A stretch of 63,816 bases of DNA, filler included, from Octopus bimaculoides (Eukaryota), in assembly GCF_001194135.2 (NCBI RefSeq). It is 6 parts of 5 records of this genome, joined end to end, with 100 filler letters (N's around TTAATTAATTAA, not from the genome) between each part and the next. Parts side by side here need not be neighbours in the genome. Positions count along the whole stretch, not along the records: positions 22,570 to 51,786 come from NC_068983.1; 5 more parts are not named here. The stretch is one strand, 5' to 3'. A program made the position numbers and the translations under genes. This document shows, piece by piece, positions 22,618 through 34,626 of the stretch. Each line of letters opens with the position of its first letter. Position 1 is the first letter of the stretch. The notes under the pieces were generated by a model. The model made no database searches. It saw only the letters and a program-made list of their open reading frames with translations, and was not told the origin of the DNA.

Positions 22618-23422
22618 TAAACATATAAATACACATATACATATATATATATACTTATGTATGCACTCACGCACACGCATTATGCATATACATTCTTATG
22701 TATGCGTGTCTGTGTGCATTATAGCAGGATGCCCTGCGCTTCAAGCATTAAGAACCATTGTATTAAATGAGGATGCATTGATCTTTCCCTCCCATCAATC
22801 ACGCTGGTTTTCTAGAGGGTCACGGACACGGTTACTATCTATTGATTACACTAGAAAATACATATAAATCAGTGAAATTGTCATTGATGAAAAGGCAATT
22901 ATAATTTAGTGTATGGTATGCTGAAATTCCTTCTTATACTACATTATAATAGTATTCTTGCTAATACTATACAGATATATCTGGAAGAAACTTTTTAGGA
23001 TTTTTGTAAATTTGTAATAATTTTTATGTATTAGTGCTTTTATGGGCAGATTTTCATCAAAAAGATATTCTATTCGGTTATCTATTTATTTGACTGCATT
23101 ATATCTCATAAAGGCAAGGCAATTCGTTGCGACTATTTATTACAGTCGAAACTATCCTTTTAGTCCTGCAACATCAAATATTTCGTCTTTTTACTCTGCT
23201 TTGCAATTCTTCTGAAATGAATTTCAGATTGTCATTAACTCTTATCTTACTAAAAGCATAATAGATTGATTTCTTGGAAGTGTTTAGATTTTTCAGTTGC
23301 TTTAATTGAGAGCGAACTGGAAATACTTATATATTCTACCAGCCATCTCTATTTCTCTACATTCTATACACGCATACACATACACCCAAGCACCCACACA
23401 CCACATACACAAGAACACAGAC

Positions 23423-23488
<66 letters not shown>

Positions 23489-24130
23489 CATACACGCACA
23501 TACATACACACGCACACACACACATATGGAATTAAAGACATGCATGGTGTTGAATTAATAGATACAGCAGCAGTAAACTCGATACTAAATCCCAATTATG
23601 TAACCGATGCTGTGATGTTCGTCTCATTTTACTCTTGTTTCTCCATTTAGTCATCACTTATTCTATTCCTCACATAAATATGATGTAACCTGAATATTAT
23701 ATGAAATATGCAGGAACTATAATGGAAACCATTATTCGGGTTTAGTAGCGTCCAGTCATTTGTAATGATGTTCGTCCTTCAGAGACTTTTAAACCCATGC
23801 TGATTGAATTTGCTAGTTTTATGACAGGATTAATATGCATGCTTACTGGGAAATTTCACTGCCGCTGTGTAATTATCAAGCATAGTAGTCTTTGATTTTA
23901 GTGTTCCGTCTTCTTTGTCATCTCGAAACTTCAAAGTTTTTAGAAAACTAGACAATCCTTTTGCGTCTAATAATTTGCAGAAGCAATATCCAACCTTTTA
24001 AAAATTTTACAATATTGGCGATGGCCGGCTTTTAAGTGATAAGTGATATACATAGACACATGTACTTACACACACACCTAGATCCATTCATCTACATACG
24101 CCATGTTTATGCTAGTATGTGTGTGTGTTA

Positions 24131-24163
<33 letters not shown>

Positions 24164-24304
24164 TAAGCAACACGGATTTCAAAGGTGATTGCAGTACGCC
24201 CGTTTCATGCTACTCCAATTTATTTAAGCAATGCGAGCACTACATTAAATGCAATATGAAGAGCAATCTTCAGCTGCACGAAAATGCAGAAAATTACTGT
24301 AGAA

Positions 24305-24560
24305 AAGACATATTATAAATGTGGCAACATTTCACATCCAAGTGGGAGACAGAATACATAAAAATCCAAATGTGAGGAAGAATACATTAATCAATCTTGA
24401 CATAGCCGAGTCTATCAGGCTAGTAATTGATTCTAGACAAAAGTTTTAACTGTCTCAGATTTTATTGTTTCTTATCTAGTGGTGATAGCATAAGGGACAA
24501 TTACTTCTAAAGAGAGGGAAGGTGTAAGCAGTATGCATGGACAAGGCTATAAAATGTATT
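24305..24560 (+). mobile_element. Interspersed repeat fragment homologous (reverse) to about 60050-60287
   Basis: Shared blocks gacatatta, caacattt, aagtggga, atcttgacatagcc, ggctagtaatt, ttgtttcttatctagtg, gggaaggtgtaagca. Confidence 0.6.
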
Positions 24561-24571
24561 AGAATATAAAG

Positions 24572-24955
24572 GTTTCACTGGTCAGAGTAGTATCAGGTCA
24601 TTTTACTACTATCAAAATGTTGAGGAATTACAACCCTAGGTATATGGGTCAAATAGGTTTTTTTCTTTTAGTCTGAATAGAGTAACAGTATAGTGGTACA
24701 GATAACAATAATACCGTAACCAATATTTTCACAATAAGAGGTATGTTAATAAAATAAATAAAATGAGATGTAATTATTTTCCACAAAAATCATGAAATAA
24801 TGTCAGTATTGAATTCAGGGGCTCTGGATAGGGTGTAAAGTTTAAGGATATTAAGTATAATGGGTTCATGAAAACTATTTTGAATTATCTCAACATTAAT
24901 TCCTCAACATTTTGATAGTAGTAAAATGACCTGATACTACTCTGACCAGTGAAAC
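24572..24955. mobile_element. 384-bp MITE-like element with perfect 59-bp terminal inverted repeats
   Basis: 24572-24630 gtttcactggtcagagtagtatcaggtcattttactactatcaaaatgttgaggaatta is the exact reverse complement of 24897-24955; no TSD seen. Confidence 0.75.
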
Positions 24956-26959
24956 GATAGGGAGCATGACTCGGAGATCAGGTATCCCCTTCAAGTCGCA
25001 TTCTTCTCCGCATTGAATGTTCACAATTCCAACAATATGGCCATATTGTTAGTATGCCGCAAGTCAGATACTTGAAGCTGAGTCAACTGACAGTAGACCT
25101 AGGATTAGACAACGCCTAGTCTCTGTTGGTCAGGCTTGGAATTTCAGCAGGCTGTATCTGTTACGAATGCAGAATGTTTTTGTTATGATGCTATCGAAGA
25201 TGTGCTTCGCGGTTCCCCAAAATTGCGGGTGGTAAAATGTGATGAATGGAATTGAGTAATGTAACAGGTGTCACATTTCAACGACGAAAATAAATGGAAA
25301 AAAAAACTGCAGATGTAAAGGCCATTTGCCAATTATGGTGGCAACTAGCCTTTAGCTTAAATACTGAATGCCTCTTTTTGAGGGATTTAAAAATAATATT
25401 TCTAAACTGTAATGTGCGAGCAAAAATAAAGGAATAAAACATTAAAAAATCATATGGAAATATTGAATGCACGAGAAGATGAAACCGAAAAAAGAACAAT
25501 TATGGAGAAAATCTGCAACAAGATTATGAAATCATTGTATGCCATGTTACTCCATGCAGATAGCCTCTCAGAAATCACATACGCTTCTGACTGCGGGACT
25601 GTACTTGAATTCAAACGTGCATCACTTCGTTGTTTCAACTGCACATCGTTATTTTCTTTTAAATTTTTGACATTTGCAGGCATGTGAAATCAGTATCTAT
25701 ATGCTACAGATAAATTACGCAAAATTGTTTCGTCCGCTTCACTGAATATAGTTTATTGCTGTGTACATGGTTACGGAAGTACACATGGTCAGTGACTTCC
25801 TCCATTGTCGATAGATTGTTTTTTCTTACCTATTTCATCTTCAGCGAAAACACCATTGTACTCTCATTATGTAGATACCTGTTCCTCTAGAATCCTGTAA
25901 ATTTTATACATACATAAATACAACCATAGATACACGCACACACACACACACACACATACACACGTGTATATATATATATCCATGGTATTAACTGTGAAGT
26001 CATGTACATAATTCTTCCTTATCACATTGTATGTCAAATTATATTTCAGCTGAGCATAGTCTAATAGATTGTAGTTTCAAATGGTGGGACGAGGCTAGCA
26101 ATTTTGAGTGGGAGGGAAGGTCCATTGCACCCACCATCTCATTACTCACAAACACTTATTTTACCGATATCTGAAGATTAGAGGCAAAGGCGATCCGCCC
26201 AAATTAGAATTCTGAACTTCAAAAGCCAAAAGAAATATAGCTAAGCCTTATTGCCGACGGGCTACTCGTTATGTAAGCTACCTCCCTTGTTTATTCAAAC
26301 AGATCATGCAATTGCTAATTGTTTGACTAAAGCAAATGCATACATGTTTTAGTTTAAAACTAAGTTATCATAGGTAATACATATCGTTATATTATTATTC
26401 AGTTTATTTCTCCTGCTAAATGATAGCCTCTGATTATAGACAGACAAAAATACTTTTACCAAAGGTCGTGATATGCGGTCAGTTGTCCCTGTCTAAGATG
26501 TGTTGTAAAAATAGCAAAAAATGCTAAATAAATAAGCACAAAACGGAAAATATACGAAACATTTCACATCAAACGGTTTGTTTTCGAACAGAAAATAAAA
26601 TTTTCTTGAGAACAAAGAATATTCTTCAACTATATTTTATTAATTATATTCTCTTATGTTCTTAATCTTGTTATTTCTGTTACGTCTATATGATTTTTGA
26701 GAGAAATCTTTGTTCTTGCTTTTAAACTCATTAATATTTTGTTTTCTGTAACTAAGACGTGCATTATTTTTCATTTATTTATTAATTTAATGAATTCTAT
26801 ATTTTATTAATTTAGTTTAACAAGGTTTTGTACTATCTGTTTATTGTTTTTATCTCATTAATTTTTTTTTTTTGATGTAATAGTAAAAAGTACCGTCATT
26901 TGTATTATTGCTACTGGAGATACTACTGCTACCCCAGATCTCGAACATTTAAACTTCCT

Positions 26960-28500
26960 TCTCTTAATATGGCCATCTTGGCAAGCTAAAAAAGAGAAGG
27001 GCAAGCTTATTTACCTCCCGGTGTTTTTTTGAAAGTCGGGTGGTTCGACTACCGGGTTTGGTGGGGGTTATTTTAGGAACCCCTTTAATAGTCTCGATGT
27101 GGGCTTTACGTTCATTATTCCCACATCCTGAGGATGGCTCTCTTGAATTGTTTTGTTGGAATCGAGCGGAATTCTCACCAGAAGCACATCTTCGAGTAAA
27201 AAATGCTCGATCCAATGATCACCCTCTGTTTCAATTTCAGTGCTCTGTGTTACGAGGGCCATCAATTCCTTGTTGACGCTTCTGATAAGTGCGACGTTGA
27301 GTATTTTTTGTTGGTGTGGTTTTATTTGTTTGACTGTGGTGGTGTTGGTTTTGTTGGTGTTTTTTTTTTTGGTTGTATTTGGTTGAGTGTGCTATCTGTA
27401 GTTTTATAGGTTTGTGTGTGTTTGTTCTTGTATCTATTTAGGTTGTTTGTGTTTGATGGATTCTGGTGATAGTGTTGGTGTTGGTTGTGTTGGTGTTAGC
27501 GTTATTGGGGAGATGTTTGTGTGGGTGGTGTCTATATCTTTTAATTGTGGGCCTTGTTATGCTTTGTGGAGTTGTTCTTTGTGTCTGTCACCTCCATCGG
27601 GACGGTATCTGACCCTTGCTCGATAACACGTCTCTGAAGCCACCACATGTCAAGTCCCATACGGGATGGGCACAGAATGACATTGCAGGTTTTACACAAG
27701 GTCATTGAGTGCATCATAGCGAGGTCTTCTGAGTTAAAAGCACCGAAATGGTGCACTATTTTCTGCCCCTCGCTATGTACTCGGTGATCCCAGATACATC
27801 TCAGCGCAGCTTCATTGCTACTTGTGCTATTATTGCTGGTTGCTTTGCCTCTGCTGAGATGCATCTGAAATGAACCTTTTTTTCTCCACTGCTTGAATTG
27901 CCTCTTTTGGTATTGTTAAGTTGGCCCAGGTTTGTTCATGTTTGATGAGGTTCCAGGCTTCTACCAACTTTTCATTTTTGTTTGTAAGGCCTATGCTGTA
28001 ACGTAGTCTCGTCTTGGATGCTGTTGTTGGTAATATCGGTCGGGGTTGTATCCAGTAGTTTTGTGGCCACCATCACCGCTACCACTGCCGCCTCCAATTT
28101 CTTCTCCACCACTGCTATTGTTGGTTCTACTGCCGCCGTCTGTATTGCTATCACTGCGACTGCTGCTCGTATTGTTCCCATTTTAGTTACTGTTACTACC
28201 TGTCGTAGCATAGCAGCCTTTGCTGTCCCCCCCTCGCCACTATCACTATTGCTTTTGCTACCTTCCGACACTCCTGTCACTGCTGCTGTTTTTGTTATAA
28301 CTAATTTCATAAGCTTTGCGAGCTTTCAAACTGCTTAGGCTGCTACTGTTGTTATTGTTTTTGTTGTTGTTGCTGTTATCGCTGGGAGTAAGTAATATGA
28401 GATGGGGAGTCATCGTCTTTGGGAGAGCTAATGGAAGAGTTGGCATTCCCTCCTTAACACTTCCATGGTTCCTGATGCTGATGTGAATGGTGATGAGGAC
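26960..28500 (-). pseudogene. Degenerate coding-like segment, possibly a retroelement ORF relic (unassigned)
   Basis: Higher GC than the flanks, strong A/C bias on the minus strand, and successive open stretches across frameshifts (NYWIQPRPILP...EAIQAVEKK; GSFQMHL...LCKTCNVILC; ...GDHWIEHFLLE...). No diagnostic motif recognised. Confidence 0.3.
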
Positions 28501-28741
28501 CACGCCAACTTGTGTTTCTTTACACCAGGCAAGGGATAATTAAAATGAATAAATAAATAAGTACTGCCCCTTACAGGGCAGAAATGGTCACCGAGAGCCT
28601 ATCAACATGTTCTTGGTGTTCTTATTGTCAATTTATAAGAAAGATTAATCACATATAGTAGTACAGACAGGGTTAAAAACACAGTTCGAAGAATAACTTA
28701 CAAAGCGTGTTCGAAAGAATGTCTGACGTATCTTGCAGTGG

Positions 28742-28799
<58 letters not shown>

Positions 28800-28810
28800 C
28801 GCTGCTGTTG

Positions 28811-28867
<57 letters not shown>

Positions 28868-28883
28868 ATAATAATAATAATAA
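28742..28883. repeat. Compound (CTA)n/(TAA)n microsatellite
   Basis: Directly visible; it produces the poly-T/L/V ORFs in the track. Confidence 0.95.
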
Positions 28884-28884
28884 T

Positions 28885-29146
28885 GGTTTCAAATTTTGCT
28901 ACAATGACAGCAATTTGGTGGGAGGGATGACAATAATCCTTTTATTATAGGCACAAGGCCTGGGATTTGGAGGAGGGGGATAGTCGATTACATCGACCCC
29001 AGTGATTCAGAGGCACTTAATTTATCGACCTCGAAACGTTGAAATGATTGTCGCCCTCAGTGGAATTTGAACTCAGAACGTAAAGACGGACGAAATGCCA
29101 TTGAGCATTTAGCCCGGCGTGCTAACGATTCTGCCTCTCACCGCCT
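28885..29146 (-). mobile_element. SINE family B copy with a duplicated tail segment
   Basis: ggtttcaaattttgc...atcgacccc...ttatcgacctcgaa...gaatttgaactcagaacgtaaagacggacgaaat...ctgcctctcaccgcct. Confidence 0.78.
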
Positions 29147-29147
29147 C

Positions 29148-29240
<93 letters not shown>

Positions 29241-29352
29241 AATAATTAGAATAATAATTAGAGAAGGATGAGGAAGATGATAATGATGATGATTTTGATG
29301 ATGATTTTGATGATGAAGATGATGATGATGATGATGAGGAGGAGGATGATGC
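29148..29352. repeat. Compound (AAT)n/(GAT)n/(GAG)n microsatellite
   Basis: Directly visible. Confidence 0.93.
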
Positions 29353-30207
29353 CGTTAAGAATACTACAAACGAATGTTTTCTTTTTTAAAGTTTTTAGAA
29401 AGTTTTCCATTTGAATCATCAACAAAGAATTTGGCGGAAATTCATACTGATGGAATATTATTTGATTTCTTTGATGTTGGAAATCATGTAGAAGCCTAAC
29501 CAAACATCATGTGGTAAAAAACAAAACAAAAAACAACATCACTTGTGTAATATCATTAATTATTTAGTTACCTCATATTTGTTTTAAATGTGTATTTTAT
29601 TGAATTTGTCACAGATGTTTTTGAAGATCATATCTCAGAAAGTGTGAAACAGATTTGAAGTTCTTTCTGTATTATTTTAGCTTCCTTCACTTAGTAGTTT
29701 CTTTAATAACATTTCCTATATTCCACTAACACGATTTATATATTAAAAGTTACAATGTTTATTTATTAGATTTCAGCTTCTCTCACGCCTCCCCAACTTC
29801 TTTTTGACTGCGTGTATCATCGTTACTTCTGAACCTTTATTACTCTTTTCTTTTATGTTTACTTTATGTATTTTAACATGTTTCATTTTTTAAAAATGTT
29901 TTGCATATGAAAGTGTTTATGATTACTAAATATGTTCTCTGTTGCTGAATATCTTTGCTATTCTCTGTCTCCCTTTCCCCCTCATTCTCTGTGCATGTGT
30001 ACCTGTTTGTGTATTCGTGTATTCATGTGTAGGCGTATATCTCTGCCACTAAATATGAATTTTCGAAATTACTTTCAATACAATTACAAGTAATATTTAA
30101 TACTAGCCGGCCCCGTGCCGTCAAAATAACGGCGAATTGTAGCATTTTATATATAAACAAGAGCACTCAGAGAGCGTAAACCTCCGCCAAAGCAACACCA
30201 ACGTCCT

Positions 30208-31129
30208 TATTTCTTTAATTATGCACACTTTCTCAATAGAGAAGGGACAACACAAAAAGAGACAAAACAATACAATGGGGTACAGACGGTCTTCCTTCCA
30301 TCACTATTCTTAACCTTGTTTCGTCTGGCATTCCAGTTCTTCCGCAATCTTGTGAAGGTCTGGCAAGCTTATATGAACCAATACCTCTAGTCTAAACACC
30401 CAGCAGTTCACCTCCGTAGTTCTCAATATTTTCAATATTTCGGTGTCGTCTGTGTACAGAGAATGGCTGCCACCAGCAACGCCTCGTCAATTTCTGGGGG
30501 CACTCTACCGATTCTTACTCTGGTCGCACGTTTGCCACAGTAAGTCGGTCGTAGCGCACACTCCGCTGATCTCAAGGGCACAGTGGAGTATTTTCTCGCT
30601 TTTTCTTCACTCACGAAGCGTACCTCCACTATGCCGTATTTCCTTCCTCTGGTGTAGGACATCGTTACATTCTTAACTTCTCTCAAGCATTCCTCGACCA
30701 CCTCCATCACTGCTATTTCCACCTTTTCCCTTGCAATATTCAACGTTCTGCACACAATTGATTTCTCCTCCGTTTTTGCTGTCACTTCCTTGGGAGGCGT
30801 TAACCTCAGGCTATCTCCTTCCTTTCTGAATAAATCATTATATTTCTTGAAGTTTTTCTCCTTCAATTTAATTTCTCTAGCTTGCAGTACCTCTGCTGAC
30901 AGGCTTTTGCTAATCACCGCACCATAACTGCTCGCTTGCAGTGGTGTACCTTCCATCACAATATTTTTCACAACTTCACCCATAAATGGTGAAGAAAATT
31001 AAAAAACGGTAACAAGTACAACAATTTCAGGTAACAACAATACAACAATTCAACAAATAACTGTTTAACAAAAACAGTACTCTCATGGAGCGTATACACT
31101 TCAAACTCAACTGACTCAAATACAACATT
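30208..31129 (-). mobile_element. 922-bp L1/Tx1-derived insertion (5' UTR + partial ORF1 + 3' tail) with an 8-bp TSD
   Basis: TSD aacgtcct at 30200-30207 and 31130-31137; 183-aa ORF 30432-30983 continues by frameshift to ETRLRIVMEGRP, then a short T-rich UTR ending aattaaagaaata (minus strand). Confidence 0.78.
30432..30983 (-). CDS. Retroelement ORF1-like protein, N-terminal part (truncated, probably non-functional)
   Basis: 183-aa non-repetitive ORF; its C-terminal part resembles the peptide that precedes the CCHC knuckle at 11744-12372. Confidence 0.55.
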   Translation of the reverse strand: MGEVVKNIVMEGTPLQASSYGAVISKSLSAEVLQAREIKLKEKNFKKYNDLFRKEGDSLRLTPPKEVTAKTEEKSIVCRTLNIAREKVEIAVMEVVEECLREVKNVTMSYTRGRKYGIVEVRFVSEEKARKYSTVPLRSAECALRPTYCGKRATRVRIGRVPPEIDEALLVAAILCTQTTPKY

Positions 31130-31617
31130 AACGTCCTCTCAACGATTAGCCAGAGATACTTTTTTCAAATGAGAATACCTGAAAGAAACTCGACTGCTCT
31201 CCCAAACGAAAATACTAAAAATGAACCTGATCGCTCTCAAAAATTAGGTAAAAAAACAAAAAACAAAAAAAAAACGAGAAGAATAATACGGAAACCTTGT
31301 CCGGTACCGGATCGATCCCAAAATCTAATCAGTTCGTGCCAGGCAGGAGGCCAAATATCCGTGGAAGTTTCAACCGAATCCATCCTGTGGTTCGTGAGAT
31401 ATCTAGTCCACGGTCAAACAAACAAACAAACAAACAAACAAACAAACAAACAAACAAACAAACAAACAAACAAACAAACAAACAAACAAACAAACAAACA
31501 AACAAACACGACTGAAAACAATACCTCTGCCTTCACTAAGGTGGAGGTAATAGCCTACATAAACACACGTACAAACATTCGCATACTTTCCTTGTACACG
31601 CGCACACATACTCACAG

Positions 31618-31666
31618 AACGCTGTTTGAAACGCTGTTTGAAACGCTGTTTGAAACGCTGTTTGAA
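31618..31666. repeat. 12-bp tandem repeat x4
   Basis: (aacgctgtttga)4. Confidence 0.9.
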
Positions 31667-32599
31667 TTTTTTCACTGCTTCCTTTTTCCCCCGATCTTTT
31701 CTCAATCATATGTTGTGTCGGAGAAAGACACGAATATTATCATAGTAGACACTACTTTAATTTTGAGTCTCTTTTCAGTTAATTTTCGCAATTTACTCAT
31801 AATTTTCACATTTCATAATTACAAAAGCATTTTCTCAATATGTATATATACNNNNNNNNNNNNNNNNNNNNNNNNNNNNNNNNNNNNNNNNNNNNNNNNN
31901 NNNNNNNNNNNNNNNNNNNNNNNNNNNNNNNNNNNNNNNNNNATATATATATATATATACATATGATGTGTATGTGTGAGGGGGTGTTGCAAATACTACA
32001 TACAAAACTAGCTTCTATAATGCTTTTCTTCCTGCCTGGTGGCTTATCTATCTGCTGAACTCTTAATTACATCTCTTTCCATCAACCTTTCACCTTATCT
32101 CTATCATCGATTCACAACGTTTTCTGAATTATGTCTTTCATTCGTTATATTATCCCCATTAAGCATTTATCTTCTTATCATATATCCTGTATTTCTTCAT
32201 TTTGAGGATTTATATTTTGTCATGATAAATGATTGTATTGTAACGAAATTTGTGTACAGTTAAATAATTTCAATTAAAATCTAAAAAAATTCAACAGGCG
32301 CACAAAATGCATTCAATTGATGTGATTTACGAAGAATCTTTGTACATACCTGAATACTTTACTTCATTCATATCTAAGTGAATAATCGTGTAGATTTAAT
32401 CGATACGTTTATATTGTTAAACATGTGTGTGGGTGGGAGGGACCATTAATTGAACTGATCAATAAGCTGCCATGAAAGAGTTCCTCAGTTCATTTTCCAG
32501 TAGTAATTTGATAGTGAACAAAGTTCCTTTCTTCAAATCGATATCAACAAATACCAGGAGTAGTTATGTTAAATAAAACAAAAAACTTATTTGCCTACA

Positions 32600-33425
32600 T
32601 TTGAACATCATCTTCGAAAAACTCACCTTGCACAGTAATACCCCGCTCCAAGCGTTCCTACCACTTATGGAATTTCGCCTGGAAGTCGTTTTCCATAAGC
32701 AAGTTGAGAACTTTGTGTGATTCGCTCTTGATCTCGACAACGATGTTAAAATGGCGACCTTTGAGCTGCATTTTCATCATGGAGAAGAGATGGAAATCCA
32801 CAGGTGCTAAATATGGCGAATAGGGCGGGTACGGAAGCGATACCATGTATTGGGCGAGAAATGCAAGAGTGCATTGTCGTCGTGAAACACCCAATTTTTC
32901 ACGTTCCACAGATTCGGTCACTTTTGTCAAATGTCCTTCCTCAAACGCTCCAAAGCGTCGATCATTGTCCTCTGAGGATTCTCATGCACAAGCTGATGAA
33001 TTTTCTCCGCATTTCCGGGATTGATACTCATGGCAAGTCTTCCAGATCGCTCATTGTATTCCAGAAGGTTTATTCCGCTTTTGGAGCGCCCGTGCCACTC
33101 GAAACTTTGCCTACGTCCCATTGCTCCGTCGCTGTAAGCTTGCTGAAGCATGCTCAATGTTTCTATAGCAAAATTCCCAAGTTTAACGCAAAATTTTACG
33201 TTGGCTCGTTGTTCCAGCTTCCTGTCCATCACAAAAATCGCACACCACAGCATACAAAGGATCACAAAAACACAAATTTCACAACTATTTGCGATGTAAA
33301 CACAGCGATGTCACTTGCCCACTGCCTCACGAAGGTCACTGCTAGGTCTCAAAGCGCACACAACCGTGTGTTTCCATCTGTTGGTGCGCTACAGAACCAG
33401 TCCGAGAATTTTTGATAGCACCTTG
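32600..33425 (-). mobile_element. Third mariner lineage, internally deleted
   Basis: One terminus ...gaatttttgatagcaccttg|TA at 33425; N-terminus MDRKLEQRANVKFCVKLG...ERSGRL is joined near 32930 to a C-terminal part LPYPPYSPYLAPVDFHLFSMMKMQLKGRHF; the central WVPH/DE region is missing. Confidence 0.82.
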
Positions 33426-33581
33426 TATCTTCAACATTGTTGATTTACAGAGTAAATAATACCGTTTGTATGGAAAAGTATATGAATTGCTTTCCATTCA
33501 AATATATCGTGTACATATAGTATTTAAAAGTAGTATATACTTCAACTCTATGCCATATTACCTCAATATTTTGAGAATTCG

Positions 33582-33790
33582 AAGGCGGTGAGCTGGCAGC
33601 AACGTTAGCATGCCGGGTGGAATGCTTAGCTGTATTTCGTCTGTCTTTATGTTCTGAGTTCAAATTCCGCAGAGATCGACTTCGCTTTTCATCCTTTCGG
33701 GGTCGATAAATTAAGTACCAGTTGCGTACTGGGGTCGATCTAATCGACTGGCCAAATGTTTCGGGCCTTGTGCCTGGAGTAGAAAAGAAT
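33582..33790 (+). mobile_element. SINE family B copy
   Basis: aaggcggtgagctggcagcaacgttagcatgccggg...ggggtcgatctaatcgactgg...gggccttgtgcc. Confidence 0.85.
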
Positions 33791-34338
33791 AATTTGAGGA
33801 TTCGAAATCTCGGACGCATCTCTAAGTAGTACGACAAAAATGCATAAGCATAACTTCCAATCAAGCACGTTTTTAGTGCTAAATGTGTCTATCAAATTAT
33901 ACACCTTCCTTGTTTAAACTACCGAAAATATATGTTTTAGCAAACAAATTTTATGGTTAAAATTTCTTGACGATATTTATTTGCATGTTTTATACTTGTT
34001 ACCATGTCAGACCCTTCAAATATGCTGGAAATATATATTGTCGATTAAATAAATTTCTATGCACGCACTCTGAATATTATATTGATTTATTACATGAAAC
34101 AAACTTGAAAATGATTAGAGGTATTCTGGAAAACTGCGTAGATGGCTAACGTGATATGGTTTCTATTAACTGAGTATGATTATGATTGTAAATATTCCTA
34201 AAATTTAACTAGGTGCATTCCAGAAACTATTCAAACAATAAATATATAACGGATCAAATATAAGCAAAATATATTTTGCCGGACATTAAAAAATTGTTTA
34301 ACATTTCATATCTGTATGTATGTATGTATGTATGTATT

Positions 34339-34569
34339 GGTTATCGTCAGTTGAGTCAACCATGCACGGCCAAATTTATAATATCCACTACATCTCTGCA
34401 TATTTCAAAATATTCACATCTCTGCATATTTCAAAATATCCACATCTCTGCATATCTTTACACTGATCTTGGTTCTGATTATGAGAGACTAACAACCGAG
34501 TAAACGGGCAGAGATGTAGTGCATATATTAAAATTTGGTCATTCATGGTAGACTCAGCTGATGAGAACC
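34339..34569. repeat. Imperfect ~62-bp inverted repeat enclosing a 26-bp tandem triplication
   Basis: 34339-34400 versus the reverse complement of 34508-34569; unit acatctctgcatatttcaaaatattc at 34390, 34416 and 34442 (partial). Confidence 0.75.
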
Positions 34570-34626
34570 TATCAGAGTCGGGCTCACTAACGTAATCTGA
34601 AAAATTTGAAACTGCACTACTGAGTT
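34551..34626 (+). ncRNA. Degenerate type-I minimal hammerhead-ribozyme-like motif
   Basis: Stem I gactcag/ctgagtt; core CTGATGA (34558-64) and GAAAC (34608-12); near-palindromic stem III actgcact (one change from actgcagt) ending in CTA instead of GTA. Confidence 0.45.

Larger units (their letters stand above)
30154..31552 (+). mobile_element. DINE-1/HINE-like non-autonomous rolling-circle (Helentron-associated) element interrupted by a retroelement
   Basis: 5' subterminal motif acctccgcc (30180-30188); internal (AAAC)n (about 31416-31507); 3' stem-loop tacctctgcctt-cact-aaggtggaggta (31522-31549), whose right arm is an inverted copy of the 5' motif. The sequence is continuous across the insertion (aacgtcct|ctcaacgattagcc). 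Confidence 0.68.

Noticed and set aside
27972-28950. Poly-Thr/Leu/Val and Ala/Thr/Val-rich ORFs that look like mucins or signal peptides
   Set aside because: Translations of (CTA)n and degenerate CTG/CTA repeats; no splice or homology support.
31169-31966. 265-aa plus-strand ORF
   Set aside because: Runs through the HINE body, (AAAC)n, a 12-bp tandem repeat and a gap.
32804-33415. 203-aa plus-strand ORF
   Set aside because: Antisense shadow of the minus-strand mariner.
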